DNA of 64,000 nucleotides, taken from positions 806,001 to 870,000 of the forward strand of contig AP026164.1 of the NCBI GenBank assembly GCA_030295235.1, written 5' to 3'. Under the pieces are notes generated by a model. The model worked only from the letters and a program-made list of their open reading frames with translations, was not told the origin of the DNA and did no database searches. Source of the stretch: Fistulifera solaris (Eukaryota). A program made the translations under genes and the position numbers. Below, one piece after another: positions 12,226 through 24,601 of the stretch (positions within the stretch are counted from its first letter, which is position 1; every line of letters starts with the position of its first letter).

Positions 12226-12743
12226 GATGTATGTTGCGTTGCACCTTGCATGCCTGTTTTGTGTGCACCATCTCCTTTCACTCTAGCCTAAATAGTAGGA
12301 TTGCATTCTCATTTCGGATCCTCCGAATTTACTGTAAAGAAAATAGAAAATACTCCGTAGATGTGAATTGTGAATCCATAACCGTTTGCCTTTTGCTTCC
12401 GGCAGCGAAAACCAGCACACTTTGAACCTCCATTAGTTCCGGTACGACGCCGACTATAGGTGATAAAGTAACTGGAAGATAAACATGAATACAAAGTACC
12501 GGTACCTCTAGAGTACATGAAGAGTCAATCTTGACGTCACCGACGCCTACGACGTTAGGATCCGGGATTCACGGCTTTTTCATTCCGATCGCTTTTGCTC
12601 TTTCGCCTCTTTCGTCGTCGAGAAAAAAATGACATTGAAACGCAAAAGCCCCAATTATAAGATTGACAAAATCGATTCATTGTTCATATATACATTCCAA
12701 ACGCACGCAGAAGCCAAGCTAACCTCTTGACTAAACAATTGCC

Positions 12744-13903
12744 ATGTCAAGTAAGGTTTATCTTCCGAGCGACGGAGAGAAACTCCCACTACTCGCTCCT
12801 ACAGCTCAGCCGCAGGTACAATCAATGGGGACACCCAAAATGATCGTACCGCGCAAAGCCGTATCCGATACAATAAAGCCCGCTGCCCTTGATGCAAATC
12901 GCAACAAGTTCCAGAAACAGTCACAACCGCGTAAGGCCATTGCTCAATTTCGCAAAAAGACTCGACAGCAATTACCCACCTGGGCCGGACGCGTCACCGT
13001 TCATTTGCACGTGGACGAAATTGACATTGAAAAAGTCACGGAAGCGTTTCGACAAAAGATGGCTGGAATGCCATTGATCACTTTGAAGTATGCCGGATAT
13101 GGCAAACCGAACCGCCCTACATTGGGCACGAGACGTTAGGAACCATGTCCGACTGGCCCATGTCGGATGAGGAAGCTGTCGACAATGGTCAAATCGCCGT
13201 AGATATGACGACGGCAATGCCGGAACTGTATCTTTTTAGTTTCGGCGCCGTCGTCTTCTGGAATTTTCCGAGCGATGAGTACGAGAAAGCATGGATGACG
13301 AAGCATTTATTGGAAGACTTGTCCGACTATTGCGGTGATTCGTATTCGGATGCGGAAATTGAGAGCGCGCAAGACTCGATTTCCTTTCAGTACGGTGACA
13401 AGTATTCCATCAAGCGCGATGTTTGCGTTTTGTCCACACGTGATAGTGGGGAAAAATTGGCCGTATCGTTCGCCTTGGCCAAGAGCTCGCTGCTGAGTCT
13501 CTATGAGCTTCGCGTTCAGCAAGTCATTGAGCGCAATTCGCATATTCCAGAAGCCATGGTACAGAACGGACGTATTCATATGTCAACAAGGGAGATGTCC
13601 CGTGAAATTGGCAGGCTCTTTTTAGTGAAACACGGCATTAATTTGGATCAGAGTTTAATCGACACACCCGAAGAATTCTGGGAAGACGATCGTTTTGAAC
13701 CTTACTATGATGTCACACTCAAATACTTTGAAATTAGTAAGCGACTCTCTTTGGTCAATAACCGCCTCGATATGATTGGAGAACTGCACAATAAGATCAT
13801 GGAGGAGAATCACACGCATCACGCCGTCATTTTGGAATGGATCATCATCTTGCTGATCGTCGTTGAGGTTGTTTTGGACCTGTTGCACTTAGGGTTCTAC
13901 TAA
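12744..13903 (+). CDS. RMND1/Rmd1/Sif2 family (DUF155) protein, frameshift near 13055
   Basis: YLFSFGAVVFWN, DTPEEFWE, RLSLVNNRLD, LEWIIILLIVVEV. One extra A near 13055 joins the two ORFs via DGWNAIDHFEV. Confidence 0.87.
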
Positions 13904-14140
13904 AGTGTTCCTTATTACGAAGAGAAACGAAGAAGTATTGTGGTTTGAGCCAAAAGTGCGCAGCCCGGGTTTATAAGAATAATGTGTTACATAGCAATTA
14001 CTTTCTTTGGCTCTTGGCCAACGATACAACATCAATTATGCAAGTTAACTGTCGATTGGTACATAGAAGAGCAATGAACACACATTGAGAGTCGACGGGG
14101 CAGGTCATGCTCGCATCCATGAAGTAGACTTCCTCACAAG

Positions 14141-15982
14141 CTACACTATGGAGGCTGGTTTGTAGTGATATGCACTTTCCAGATCAGTTGCCTTCGTGTC
14201 TTCGTCAGGCTTTTCGTTTGAAGGGGGTGCTTTAAATGCAATTGTAGCATCACGGGAAACAAAGCCATAAATATAATGATTCTCTGCGATCATGAGTTGT
14301 TAGTGAAACAGCAAGAAGGGAACAATGTGACATATTTGGCAAGTATTCCAAAACCCTTACTTACCAAAGTAATGGAGAGTTCCTCTGAGCTCTTTCGTTT
14401 TATACCATTCCTCCATGTAATCGTCTTCGTTTACGTCCATAGTGACCTGCAGATACCAAAGTAGACTTTCGGTAGCACCACCCATGCCGATGATAGATCC
14501 TAGAACTATAATAACCGTTGCAGCAATAAACTCATCACGGTGTCCCAAGATATCCGGAAAGTCTCGAACACATGCGTACGCCACAGCACCTCTTAGCCCA
14601 ACAAACCATAAAACATGCATAATATTGCGGCTGATCTGTTTATCCTTTCTCCTCAAAGGGGTTTTGCGCTTTTTAGAATCTTGCCTTCTTTCGAGACTGG
14701 GAGACCCGGTTGAACTTGCGTACATGCCAGGCGACTCAGCTGCACGGTCAGAGGATGGGCTACGCTGAGCATTTGCGTCCGCATAAAGGCTATCTTCTAG
14801 ATGCACCACCTCTACTCGCTCTTTCAAGGTGAAATTATGGAGAAGAGCCAGCGGGTAAATTCCAATGGCTCGTCCAAGCAATGCCGCAGCGAACGCCCAA
14901 AAGATAAATTCCCATTGAATACTTGAGGCTAGACCGAAAACGCTTAATCCGAGCTCAAGAAAGATGACAGTTTCCGCCAAGTACGCACACACCTTGAAGA
15001 TTGATGCTGCGCTGTTCATTGTAGACTCGGATATATTTGGAGTGACATATCGTCGAGCCGATATACCGCAAAAGAAAATGGTCACGATGCCGCTCAAATG
15101 TAAACATTCAGCTGCAATGAACGGGACATAAAGCAGCAGAACGAGGTATAAAGGTAGTTCGAGATTCGGAAGTTCTCGGAAATCCAAGTGTTTAAAGATA
15201 AGGGCAGCAGCGAAGCCAAACAAGATACCGAGACTCGGTGATCCAATTCCTTGGATTACTACATCTCGTATGAACAAAGCTGCAACTTTTGCGTAAGTGA
15301 ATGACTCTCTTTTGTCCAAGTTTTCGATCAAACTAGCAAACGTTTTGAAAAGAACCAACGCCACGGCATCATTGAGGGCACTCTCTCCGAAGACCAAGTA
15401 AAACAGGTGAGGATCCACTCGTTTCTTCTGAAACACTGCAAGCACGCTGACAGTATCGGTGGCAGCAATCAAGCTGCCGAATGTAAGAAGCTCTAGAAGA
15501 GTTGGATTGAAGTCTCCCATCCAACCAAGTTTCAAGACACCGTAAAGAGAAAATCCGGCGGTGAGCGCCGAGAGTAGCGTCCCCAAACATGCGAACATGA
15601 CAATTGGTTTAATGTGCCGGTAGAAAAGTTCCCTTCGTAGTTGATAACCTGAGTTGAAGAGGATGGGTGGCAGAAGGGCCATGAAGAAGACATTGGGGCT
15701 GAAAGAGAGTAAACTTGTGGCAACACGATACATATCTTCACGCATTTCTTCGGCACCACCTGCCATGTCAGTCTGGTCATTTTCATATTGAACGAAATTG
15801 TGCGCGAAAAATCCAATGATCAAGCCGACTGTCAAAACAAGTGAAGCTTCCGAGAAAACAGAATTGAGAGCGGGAAAGCCGTGCAACAAACGACTGAGGA
15901 TGATAACCAAGGCTAGCAAAGCAGAGAATAGAACGAAGTAAAGCGAGACATCGTCTCTTCGGTCTTCTGTTTCATAGGACAT
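14141..15982 (-). CDS. Na+/H+ exchanger, CPA1 (NHE/NHX) family
   Basis: FFMALLPPILFNSG, IAATDTVSVL, LVFGESALNDAVALV, GLRGAVAYA. A terminal exon after an intron at ~14284-14363 ends at TAG 14141. Confidence 0.93.
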
Positions 15983-16445
15983 ATCTCCGGTTCTCGTTTG
16001 CTATTCAACGGCCATCTTCGTGATTGTTGATCGTACCAGGTAATTATTTGAAGAAAAGAAAAGCTCCAAACTTAAAACATTCATTCAGAAACGTGATACA
16101 CTCCCAACGACCACCAGCGATCACAAAATTTCTCCATCCACTAAATTTATTATGGACGGACACGCTTATGCGTCCTCATTGGGATCCGTTGCTATGAGTA
16201 TTTAGAGAGAACACGCTGCATGTACAGTAGAATGAAAATCAGAACGGAGCGCCTCTGTGACGTCACACGTCACTACAAAGTAAGCTCAATCGTTTCTTCG
16301 GCGCATTGCACAAACCTGTGTCGTACGTAGGCCAGACTTTGTGCTGTGAACCTATCGATGTGACGATGAAAGCCGTTCTTTTTTTCGCCTTCCAAAACAA
16401 CTTTCATTTTTATGACAAAGTGCAACAAAGTTGAATATTGTCACC

Positions 16446-18854
16446 ATGACGACGCTGCTGACCTACGCAAAGTCTTTTCAGTCTCGACTGCCCAGACTAA
16501 CTAGGCCGATTTGTGAATTTACTCATGCCACACGTTTCTTCAGCAACAATGAAGGGTCCGGCATCCGAAACATCGGTATTTCGGCACACATTGATAGTGG
16601 CAAGACGACGTTGACTGAAAGAATTTTGTTTTACACGGGCAAGATCAGTGCAATCCACGATGTTCGAGGAAAAGACGGAGTAGGAGCGAAAATGGACTCG
16701 ATGGATCTTGAACGTGAAAAAGGAATCACTATCCAGTCGGCGGCAACATTTTGTAAATGGAAGGATGCACACATCAACATCATTGGTAAGTTTTCGAAGA
16801 CCTCTATTTACTCAAGTACTCGAAATTTCGCCTCTGGCCGCACTTATTGTGAACGCTATTGCTGACACGCTACAACAGATACACCCGGGCACGTTGACTT
16901 TACTGTGGAGGTAGAACGAGCCTTGCGTGTGTTGGATGGTGGTATTTTGGTCTTATGCGGAGTGTCGGGAGTGCAGTCGCAGTCCCTAACTGTAGATCGT
17001 CAAATGAAACGTTACAATGTTCCTCGACTTGCGTTCATCAATAAGCTTGATCGTCAGGGATCGAATCCCGATAAGGTAATTGGACAGCTTCGAGATCAAC
17101 TCAAACTGAACGCCGCTGCCGTGCAGATTCCCGTTGGTCTTGAAAGTAGTCACAAAGGTGTCGTTGATCTGATAGAGCAAAAACAATACACGTTTAAGGG
17201 TGACCGCGGTGAAATTGTTGAGGAAGGCCCAATTGCGGAGGACTTGTTCGGTCTTGTCGAGCAGAAACGAATGGAATTGTTGGAACGTTTGGCCGATGCT
17301 GATGATGAAATCGCGGAAATTTTTCTCATGGAAGAGATACCAGATGTTGAGACGTTGAAGGCGGGTATCCGAAGGGCCGTTATCGCTTGCAAGGTATGGT
17401 TAGACGCATGTGTTGCCACGACGGAAATTGAGGCTGTCATGTCGGGTACGGGGGGCCTGTTTATATGCGCGTTCTCACCTTCTTGCTTCTAGTTTGTACC
17501 TGTATTTATGGGATCTGCGTTTAAAAACAAAGGGGTCCAGCCGCTGTTAGATGGAGTTATCGATTATCTTCCAAAGCCCCAGGAAAAGGCAAACTACGCT
17601 CTAGATCGCACCAAGAATGAGGAGCCCGTGCTCGTTTCAGGGAAAGACGAAGACCCTCTATTAGCTCTCGCTTTTAAACTTGATGAAACTCAATTTGGCC
17701 AGCTTACATATATGCGAGTTTATCAAGGTCGTCTCAAGAAAGGAAGTTACATTACCAATGTCGATACCGGAAAGAAGACAAAGCTTGCTCGAATTGTACG
17801 CATGCACTCCGATGAAATGGAGGATATTACTGAAGCTGGAGCCGGAGAAGTCGCGGCTATGTTCGGAATTGACTGTAAATCGATGGATACGTTTTCGGAT
17901 GGAAGCTTGGATTTGGCCATGAGTTCAATGTTCATTCCGGAGCCTGTCATGTCACTTTCGGTCAAACCGGCAAAATCTACGATGCAGAACAATTTTGCCA
18001 AGGCCCTTAATAAGTTTACAAAGGAAGATCCGACTCTTCGTGTCAAAGTAGACAATGATACAAAAGAAACAATTCTAAGTGGAATGGGAGAGCTTCACTT
18101 AGAAATTTACATCGAACGAATGAATCGCGAATATGGTGTCGAATGTATTACTGGACAACCCAATGTAAATTACAAGGAAACCATTGGTTCTCTTCAGAAA
18201 TTCGAATGGCTCCACAAGAAGCAAACTGGTGGTGCTGGTCAATATGCGAAGGTTATCGGATACATCGAGCCAATTAATGACGATGAAAAGAAAGAGCTTG
18301 GCAAAGTCAACTCATTTGAGAATGAATGCGTTGGAACTAACATTCCGCCTGAATATTATTCATCTTGTGAAAAAGGAACTTTTGATGCCATGAAAGAAGG
18401 GGCCCTTGTAGGTTGCGAGGTGGAAGGAGTACGAGTGGTGCTCCAAGATGGTGCTGCCCATGCTGTCGATTCCTCGGACATGGCGTTTCGAACATGCATG
18501 GCGAATGCCGTCCGCGACGCCATGCGAAAGGCCAACCCGTCTATTCTTGAACCCGTGATGGCTGTCGAAGTTAATGTTCCAAGCGAGTTCCAGGGAGCCG
18601 TCGTCGCAGCTCTCAATCGAAGAATGGGGTTGATTATGAGTAGCGATATGAATGAAGACGGAAGCGGCATCAAAGTTCTGGCCGACGTTCCTCTTTCCAA
18701 CATGTTTGGCTATTCGACAGAGCTACGAAGTCAAACACAAGGTAAAGGAGAATTCACGATGGAGTACAAGAAGCATGTTCAGGTAAATAGAAACATTCAA
18801 GAAGAACTCATGAAGAAGTACAGAGAAGAAAAAGAAGCAGATAATGCCGCCTAA
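16446..18854 (+). CDS. GFM1: Mitochondrial elongation factor G1
   Basis: [50 protein letters not shown]; introns 16786-16878 and 17394-17492; N-terminal transit-like peptide. Confidence 0.96.
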
Positions 18855-19025
18855 GATTGAGGATCGGGATTATTTAATAATGACATGAACCTTTGTAGCT
18901 GTTAAATAACTGCTACTCGTACTGATAATCACGAGCTTAGAGAATTAGACCCGTGCCATGGACTTTGTCGGGCCTTTCTTGTCGTTAATAGACAAGAAAG
19001 ACACCATTCCGGTTCCTTCTTACTT

Positions 19026-19610
19026 CTACTTTGACTCTTCCACTATGCTTGTTGGCGGAGGGAACGGTCCCGTGGGCAAAATGACTGCCAAGTATCCCGA
19101 GAAAAAGGGATCCTGAGTTAAGCTGGTGCAGCCATCGACCAAAGCTGAGTTAACTTCAACCAACGTCCCCCAAACAGCACACGGTATCTCAATAATCGAC
19201 TGATCTGACATTCGTATAGTACAGAGAATATCATCCGGTCGAACGATGCCTGATGCAGATGTTTCTTTTCCCCGCAGGAGTTTCGATTGTTGCTTCCGTT
19301 TGTTTCCGGCAGACGACGGAGGTGCTTCCTGGTGATGAAACTGAACGCTTTCAATGGGCTTGTCCCAAATTAAGTCACCAATGGTAACAACACACAGGTT
19401 GTTCGCATGCCGATGCACTCGCATATTTGAGGTGGTTTGAGGCAAATTGTCGTTTGTTGACCGAACTATAAAAGAAGATTCAAAATAGCGATGCGGCGAA
19501 CCAGGACAGCCATTCGATGACACCGACTGATAGCTGAAGCATTCGTAGGCCTTTCTGTAAGCATCATCCTTCTTGTCTTCGCGTTCTTCGCGGGTCCTCT
19601 TCTTCGTCAT
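19026..19610 (-). CDS. Abitram/FAM206A-like protein (glycine cleavage H-like fold)
   Basis: HRHANNLCVV, IPCAVWGTLVEVN, DPFFSGYLAVILP pattern. Confidence 0.75.
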   Translation of the reverse strand: MTKKRTREEREDKKDDAYRKAYECFSYQSVSSNGCPGSPHRYFESSFIVRSTNDNLPQTTSNMRVHRHANNLCVVTIGDLIWDKPIESVQFHHQEAPPSSAGNKRKQQSKLLRGKETSASGIVRPDDILCTIRMSDQSIIEIPCAVWGTLVEVNSALVDGCTSLTQDPFFSGYLAVILPTGPFPPPTSIVEESK

Positions 19611-19965
19611 AGTGTCTCGATCTCAACGTCTCAATTAAGTGACAGTGGACTTGACATGAGGAACAAAATTAGCTCATTACTGGTGCCTGGTACGAAGCAA
19701 AAAAGCAAACTGAACGAACGGCGCGGAGCAAGAAAAATTCATTCATGATTGCGGAATGCAGTCGTGGCAAAGGTCGCTTTCTTTTTGGTCGATAGTAAAT
19801 ATTTGGAAGAAACATTTCTATGGCATTTCGACAACCAAAATCAGCAATTGCATTGCTAAAGCTGCTGAAGAAAACCAACCATTGTAATAAAGGCAAATAA
19901 AGCTCATGCTACTGGTAGCAGCAAGAACCAAGATTAGGTAACAGCCAGGCTCGCAAGAGTTGTAA

Positions 19966-20035
19966 TTCATGACTGAAATGATGCAGTCGTGGTGAAAAAC
20001 GGCGTACATTTTGGGTCTACAGTGAGTGAAATCGG
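19966..20035 (+). repeat. Dispersed TCATGACTG-hairpin element copy
   Basis: ttcatgactgaaatgatgcagtcgtggtgaaaaacgg...gtctacagtga matches the copies at 57420, 57636 and 57908. Confidence 0.75.
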
Positions 20036-20568
20036 TTAAAGAAACAACTGTGCGAAACGCGTGCTGGGCACGGTTTTCTCGTCACCTTTTTCTCCGCATT
20101 TTCGCATCAACCCACAAAAATATAAACTGAAGTGTTATCCTGTCACAACGATCAAGATCCAGATTTGAAGTCGGAACGTCACGGCCACCGAAATCTTTTT
20201 TCGTGATCGCATTATTTCGACCTTGATTTACGTGGAAGATACAAGCCACAGTATGTCACAGAATTCGACGGATAGTCCCTCAATTTTAAGAGATTCATGT
20301 GGCTATCGCTGGCCTCCCATTCAAGCCATCCGTTCTTTATTGACATTGCCCCACGACGAGTCGGCCTCCGAAGACGATGTACAGAAAGTAACCTCGCCAA
20401 TGAGTTCTCTGTCGCGTTCGCATCAGGCGTTTCGCCCGGCTAGTAAGGGAGACGAACCGAGCTTTCTAACACCTCAAACCGAAATCGTTTAGATGGGGGT
20501 CGACGAACTCATTCCGCTATGATTTAAAGTTCTATACTTGAACATGCTAAATAAATGCTCATTCTTGT

Positions 20569-21285
20569 TTAAAAGAAATCATCTTCGTATTCCTCTGCGG
20601 CAGTAGCGTCAGCCGTAGCTTTGATGTCCCCCGTGTTAACCATGTTCTCGGCTACCATGAGGCGGTCGTACGATCGTTCTTGTTTCTCCCGCTCCCGCTC
20701 TAGCTTTACCATCTGCTTTTCTTTCGCCAAACGTTTGAATTCTTCTTTCTTTTGTCGTTGCACTGCATTAAGTCGATCCTGTTGCATTTGATACAAATCG
20801 GGAAAACGCTCTTCACGGGTCTTTTCAATAGCTCGGACAATCGGATTGTTCTTTTCTACGGATATCCGCCGCACATTCTCGGGTCGATGGAAACTAACTT
20901 GACCGTCTACCATATCATTTGTCTTTTTCAGATTCTTCCAACGTGTGTATACAACATAAACCGATGATTTCTGATTCCAACAATGATGTTAATGTTGAAC
21001 TAGTCGCAACTAACAGTACATTCGTCTCTTTTTGAGACATACCTTACAACCTTGGATACTATTGGCTTTCACCAGTGATGAACAGTCCAGCAATACATCA
21101 TCCGGTATATCTTCTAATGTCATTCCCGACTTCATTCGTAAGTAAACATGTGCAGAAGAAAGATCATCAACATGAAACCACACGTCTAAATCCAATCCGT
21201 AACGAATCAAATCCTCGTTTTCGTACTTGTCTCTGCCCATGTATATTGTAAACTGGCCACAGCGGCTCTTAAAGTAGAACACCAT
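20569..21285 (-). CDS. CCDC25: CCDC25/Jlp2 family protein (NFACT RNA-binding domain)
   Basis: MVFYF...[13 protein letters not shown]...[15 protein letters not shown]...KANSIQG; intron 20971-21042; ends EDDFF. Confidence 0.94.
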
Positions 21286-21784
21286 TTTGTATCTAACAGA
21301 AAGAGATATTGAAAAGCAAGTGTAGTATTTTTATAATGAGTTGATGGTGTGTGATGAGGAATGCCGTCAAACGAAAGAGACGAGGACGAAAGAAAACGAA
21401 AAACATAAAAGGTACGCGCTGAAATGCACGTCTGTCTGTTGTCCGTACGGATACAAGATGTTGTCCGTTGAACTTTTCCTGCGCGCCGGTCACTGCAATA
21501 ATTCTACACCTTGTTTCATATTGATTAATTTTGGAGGGAACTTTGGTGGGCCGAGCGCCGAGCCGGTCCCTGGTCTCTTGTCGCGCACACTTGAAACACA
21601 GCAAAACGACGATCCCCACAAAGCAACAACAACAACAACAACAACCTAGATCATCTGCAAGCTATCCCGCACGCAGATTCACTGCGGAGTATAGTAAAAA
21701 AGTGCCATCGCACAGTAAGAGATCTCTTAGCGTGTTCCTTTTGTGAAGCGTGATCCGATTGTGTAGTATTTTGAGCTTGTAACC

Positions 21785-23438
21785 ATGAGAGTCGAAACCC
21801 CGCAGCTCCTCTGGCACAGCGAAACAGACAAGAACGTCAACGCTGCTATCAATGGTGTATCCTTACTGCAAAGCGGTCTTCTAGATCCTACTAAAGAACT
21901 GTACGGAAATGTTCTCGCAACTGGCGGTAACTCGAACCTATTGCATTTGTGGAAGATCGCTTTTGCACCCGCAGTGTCGGGCAGCACTATTTTTCAGAAA
22001 CACAATGACAATCAGAACAAGATCGAACATCTCTGCAGCTTCACCCGTTCCGACAGCGCCGTGCATGCCGTATCGTTCAGTCCAGATGGTTTGCACTTAG
22101 GAGCGGGCCTTTCCACTGGGACGATCTTGATCTGGTCGGTCCCTCACAACAAACGCGGCAACGGAAATGGAAGACACTTTTGGTGCGGTGTCACCCGCGA
22201 ACAAGATCTCATGGTGCGTGTCGTTCAAGTGGCGACCGACAATATTTCAGATCTGTGCTGGAGCGCTGATTCGCAACGTCTGGTTGTGGGGTCGGTGGAT
22301 GGAGCGATGGCTGTGTGCGAGCTGCAGGAAGATACTTGGAGAGTCGTTTACAAAAATGCCAACGATCACTCGCATTACATTCAGGGCGTTTGCTATGATC
22401 CGACGGGTGTGTACATTGCATCCATGTCGAGTGACAGGTCAGTGCGTGTCTTCTCAAGGAAGATACCCAAGAAGAAAAAGAAGAAAGTTCCCGAAATTGT
22501 CACCAGCAATCTGGAATTGAATTACCGTTCGAAAGAGATACGTCGAAGCCGAAATGGCAATGGTGCCAACAAGAATTTCTTTTGCGATGAAGCCACGTTG
22601 AATTCTTTTGTTCGGCGCTTGGCGTGGACTCCGGACGGGGCGTTTCTTATTACTCCCGCTGCATTGCACGGTTCTTCGGGATATGCAACTCTCATGTTTG
22701 CGCGTCATCAGTACGACGAACCTTATCGTATCCTCGGCGGATTGGAAAAGGTCAGTTGAATCACCGAAGTGATAATGTCGCCCAAGCAGCGTTTCTTACA
22801 TTCTTTTCTTGCCGCAGCCGTCGCTTGTGGTACGACCCAACCCGAAATTGTTTGAGCTCCCCGCTATTGAAACGAATGAAAATGAATCTAAAGAGAATCA
22901 GTCTCCTGTGCCATCCAATACCTCATCCTTGCCATATCGGTCTATCTTTGCTGTTCTCACGTGGGATTCGGTCCTGATTTACGACACTCACCATCGGCAA
23001 CCACTTTCCGTCATTCGAGGCCTCCATTATGCGCACCTGATGGACGCCACTTGGTCCGCGGACGGCCATACGCTCATAGTATGCAGTAACGACGGCTATT
23101 TGTCCATTATCAATTTTGCGGAGGGTGAACTCGGGAAAGTTTACGAACGACCCGTGGAAAGCACTCCACCGGTCGCAGCGCCAGTTACCGCTGCTTTGCT
23201 CCCTCCGTGCGAACCAGGTCCTGTTGCTGTTCTGCAGACTCGTCCGGCAAAGAAAGCCAAATTTGCGGTTCCGGAGGTCGACGAGGAAATAGTAGAACCT
23301 GTGGATCCACCGAGTGTCGTTCCGAAACGTTCGGCTGACGAAGCCATGGCCGGTGTTGACAAGCTGACCTTGACGGACGAGGAGGCCAACAAGAAAAAGA
23401 AGAAACGTATTCAGCCGATTTTGCTGCAAGCTGCTTGA
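21785..23438 (+). CDS. CHAF1B: Chromatin assembly factor 1 subunit B (p60/Cac2), WD40 repeat
   Basis: MRVETPQLLWH, HSHYIQGVCYDP, FVRRLAWTPDGAFLITPA, LPYRSIFAV, LHYAHLMDATWS, C-terminal KKRIQP; intron 22751-22817. Confidence 0.9.
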
Positions 23439-23549
23439 GAGACTATCGTCATGGATGCGATACAGCGTTGTGATCGTTTCTAATGAAAGAGCGCAACAGA
23501 TATCGGGATTGAGTATAAGGATAGGATCTATTCCTGAATGTTACATTTC

Positions 23550-24300
23550 ATATAATTTGTGCACAGCTATTCGAAAGTCTTTGATAGCGTTCTCTAGATC
23601 ATCGTTGTAAACGATGGCATCGAAATACCCGCTTCGAGTCCGTACTCGATTTCATCCCGAGCATTGCTAATTCTGCGTTGCAAACTTTCTTCATTCTCGG
23701 TTGCTCGGCCACGAAGACGAGACTCGAGTATCTCAGGAGAAGGAGGCGCAATAAAGATATAACGCGGTCTCCATGACTCTCGCGACGGAATCGTTTTCAA
23801 TCGCTGTACTCCTTGCACATCAATGTCGAGTAAACACTTCTTACCCGCTTTCTGCACATCATACAGCGCCTGCCAACTGGTTCCATAGATATTGCCGTGG
23901 ACCTCGGCCGACTCTAAAAAATAATCTTGTCCCAAAAGAGACTCCATGAGTGGTTTGGAGGTGAAATGATAGTGTATGCCGTTGATTTCGCCCGGTCGAG
24001 GGTCCCTTGTTGTGTGACTCACACTGAAACCAAACGCGTTTGTTTCGGAAAGAAATCTCCCAATGATGGTACCCTTTCCTACACCCGAAGGACCACAAAC
24101 AACCAAAGGGTCAAGAGTCGTTGACACCGATACCTGATCGAGAAGATTGACCCCATCGTGAAGTGTAGCAATTGACAACGAAGGCTGAAATATCTGCGCA
24201 AATGACTTGCGAACCAGCGTGAGCGGTGAAAAAGCACGAGTCATTTCAAAACTGGATGATTGCAGTAAAAGTAAGGCCAAAAGCAACTTCATGGACATTT
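23550..24300 (-). CDS. Guanylate kinase, probably plastid-targeted; frameshift near the 3' end
   Basis: GPSGVGKGT P-loop, SVSHTTRDPRPGE, GNIYGTS, LDIDVQG; signal peptide plus RAF-SP motif. The shifted frame continues FDAIVYNDDLE. Ends are approximate. Confidence 0.9.
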
Positions 24301-24601
24301 TGCTACGTCTCAAGTAACTGTTAGCATTTATAGTATTTACTGTCATCGTTGTAACATCGCTTGCTGCTGATGATGATGTTTGTCATCGTCTGGTCGGAAC
24401 TTTTTTTCGTGGTTCGCCATTATTTATTTTTGCGCAGAATTTTGAGAACAACGCAGACTGACGGAAGGCTCATGACTGGAATTCAGTCGTGACGAAATGC
24501 TACTCGCAACGGTCGCAACATAACGCTGACTTCGCAACGATTTCTTTACAATCAAACTGAATACATTCTAAGCGTTTTAATGTCGATTTGGAAGCTTCCA
24601 T

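Noticed and set aside
20223..20492. Small ORF between the Abitram-like gene and CCDC25
   Set aside because: No recognisable motif. It could be real but cannot be supported from sequence alone.
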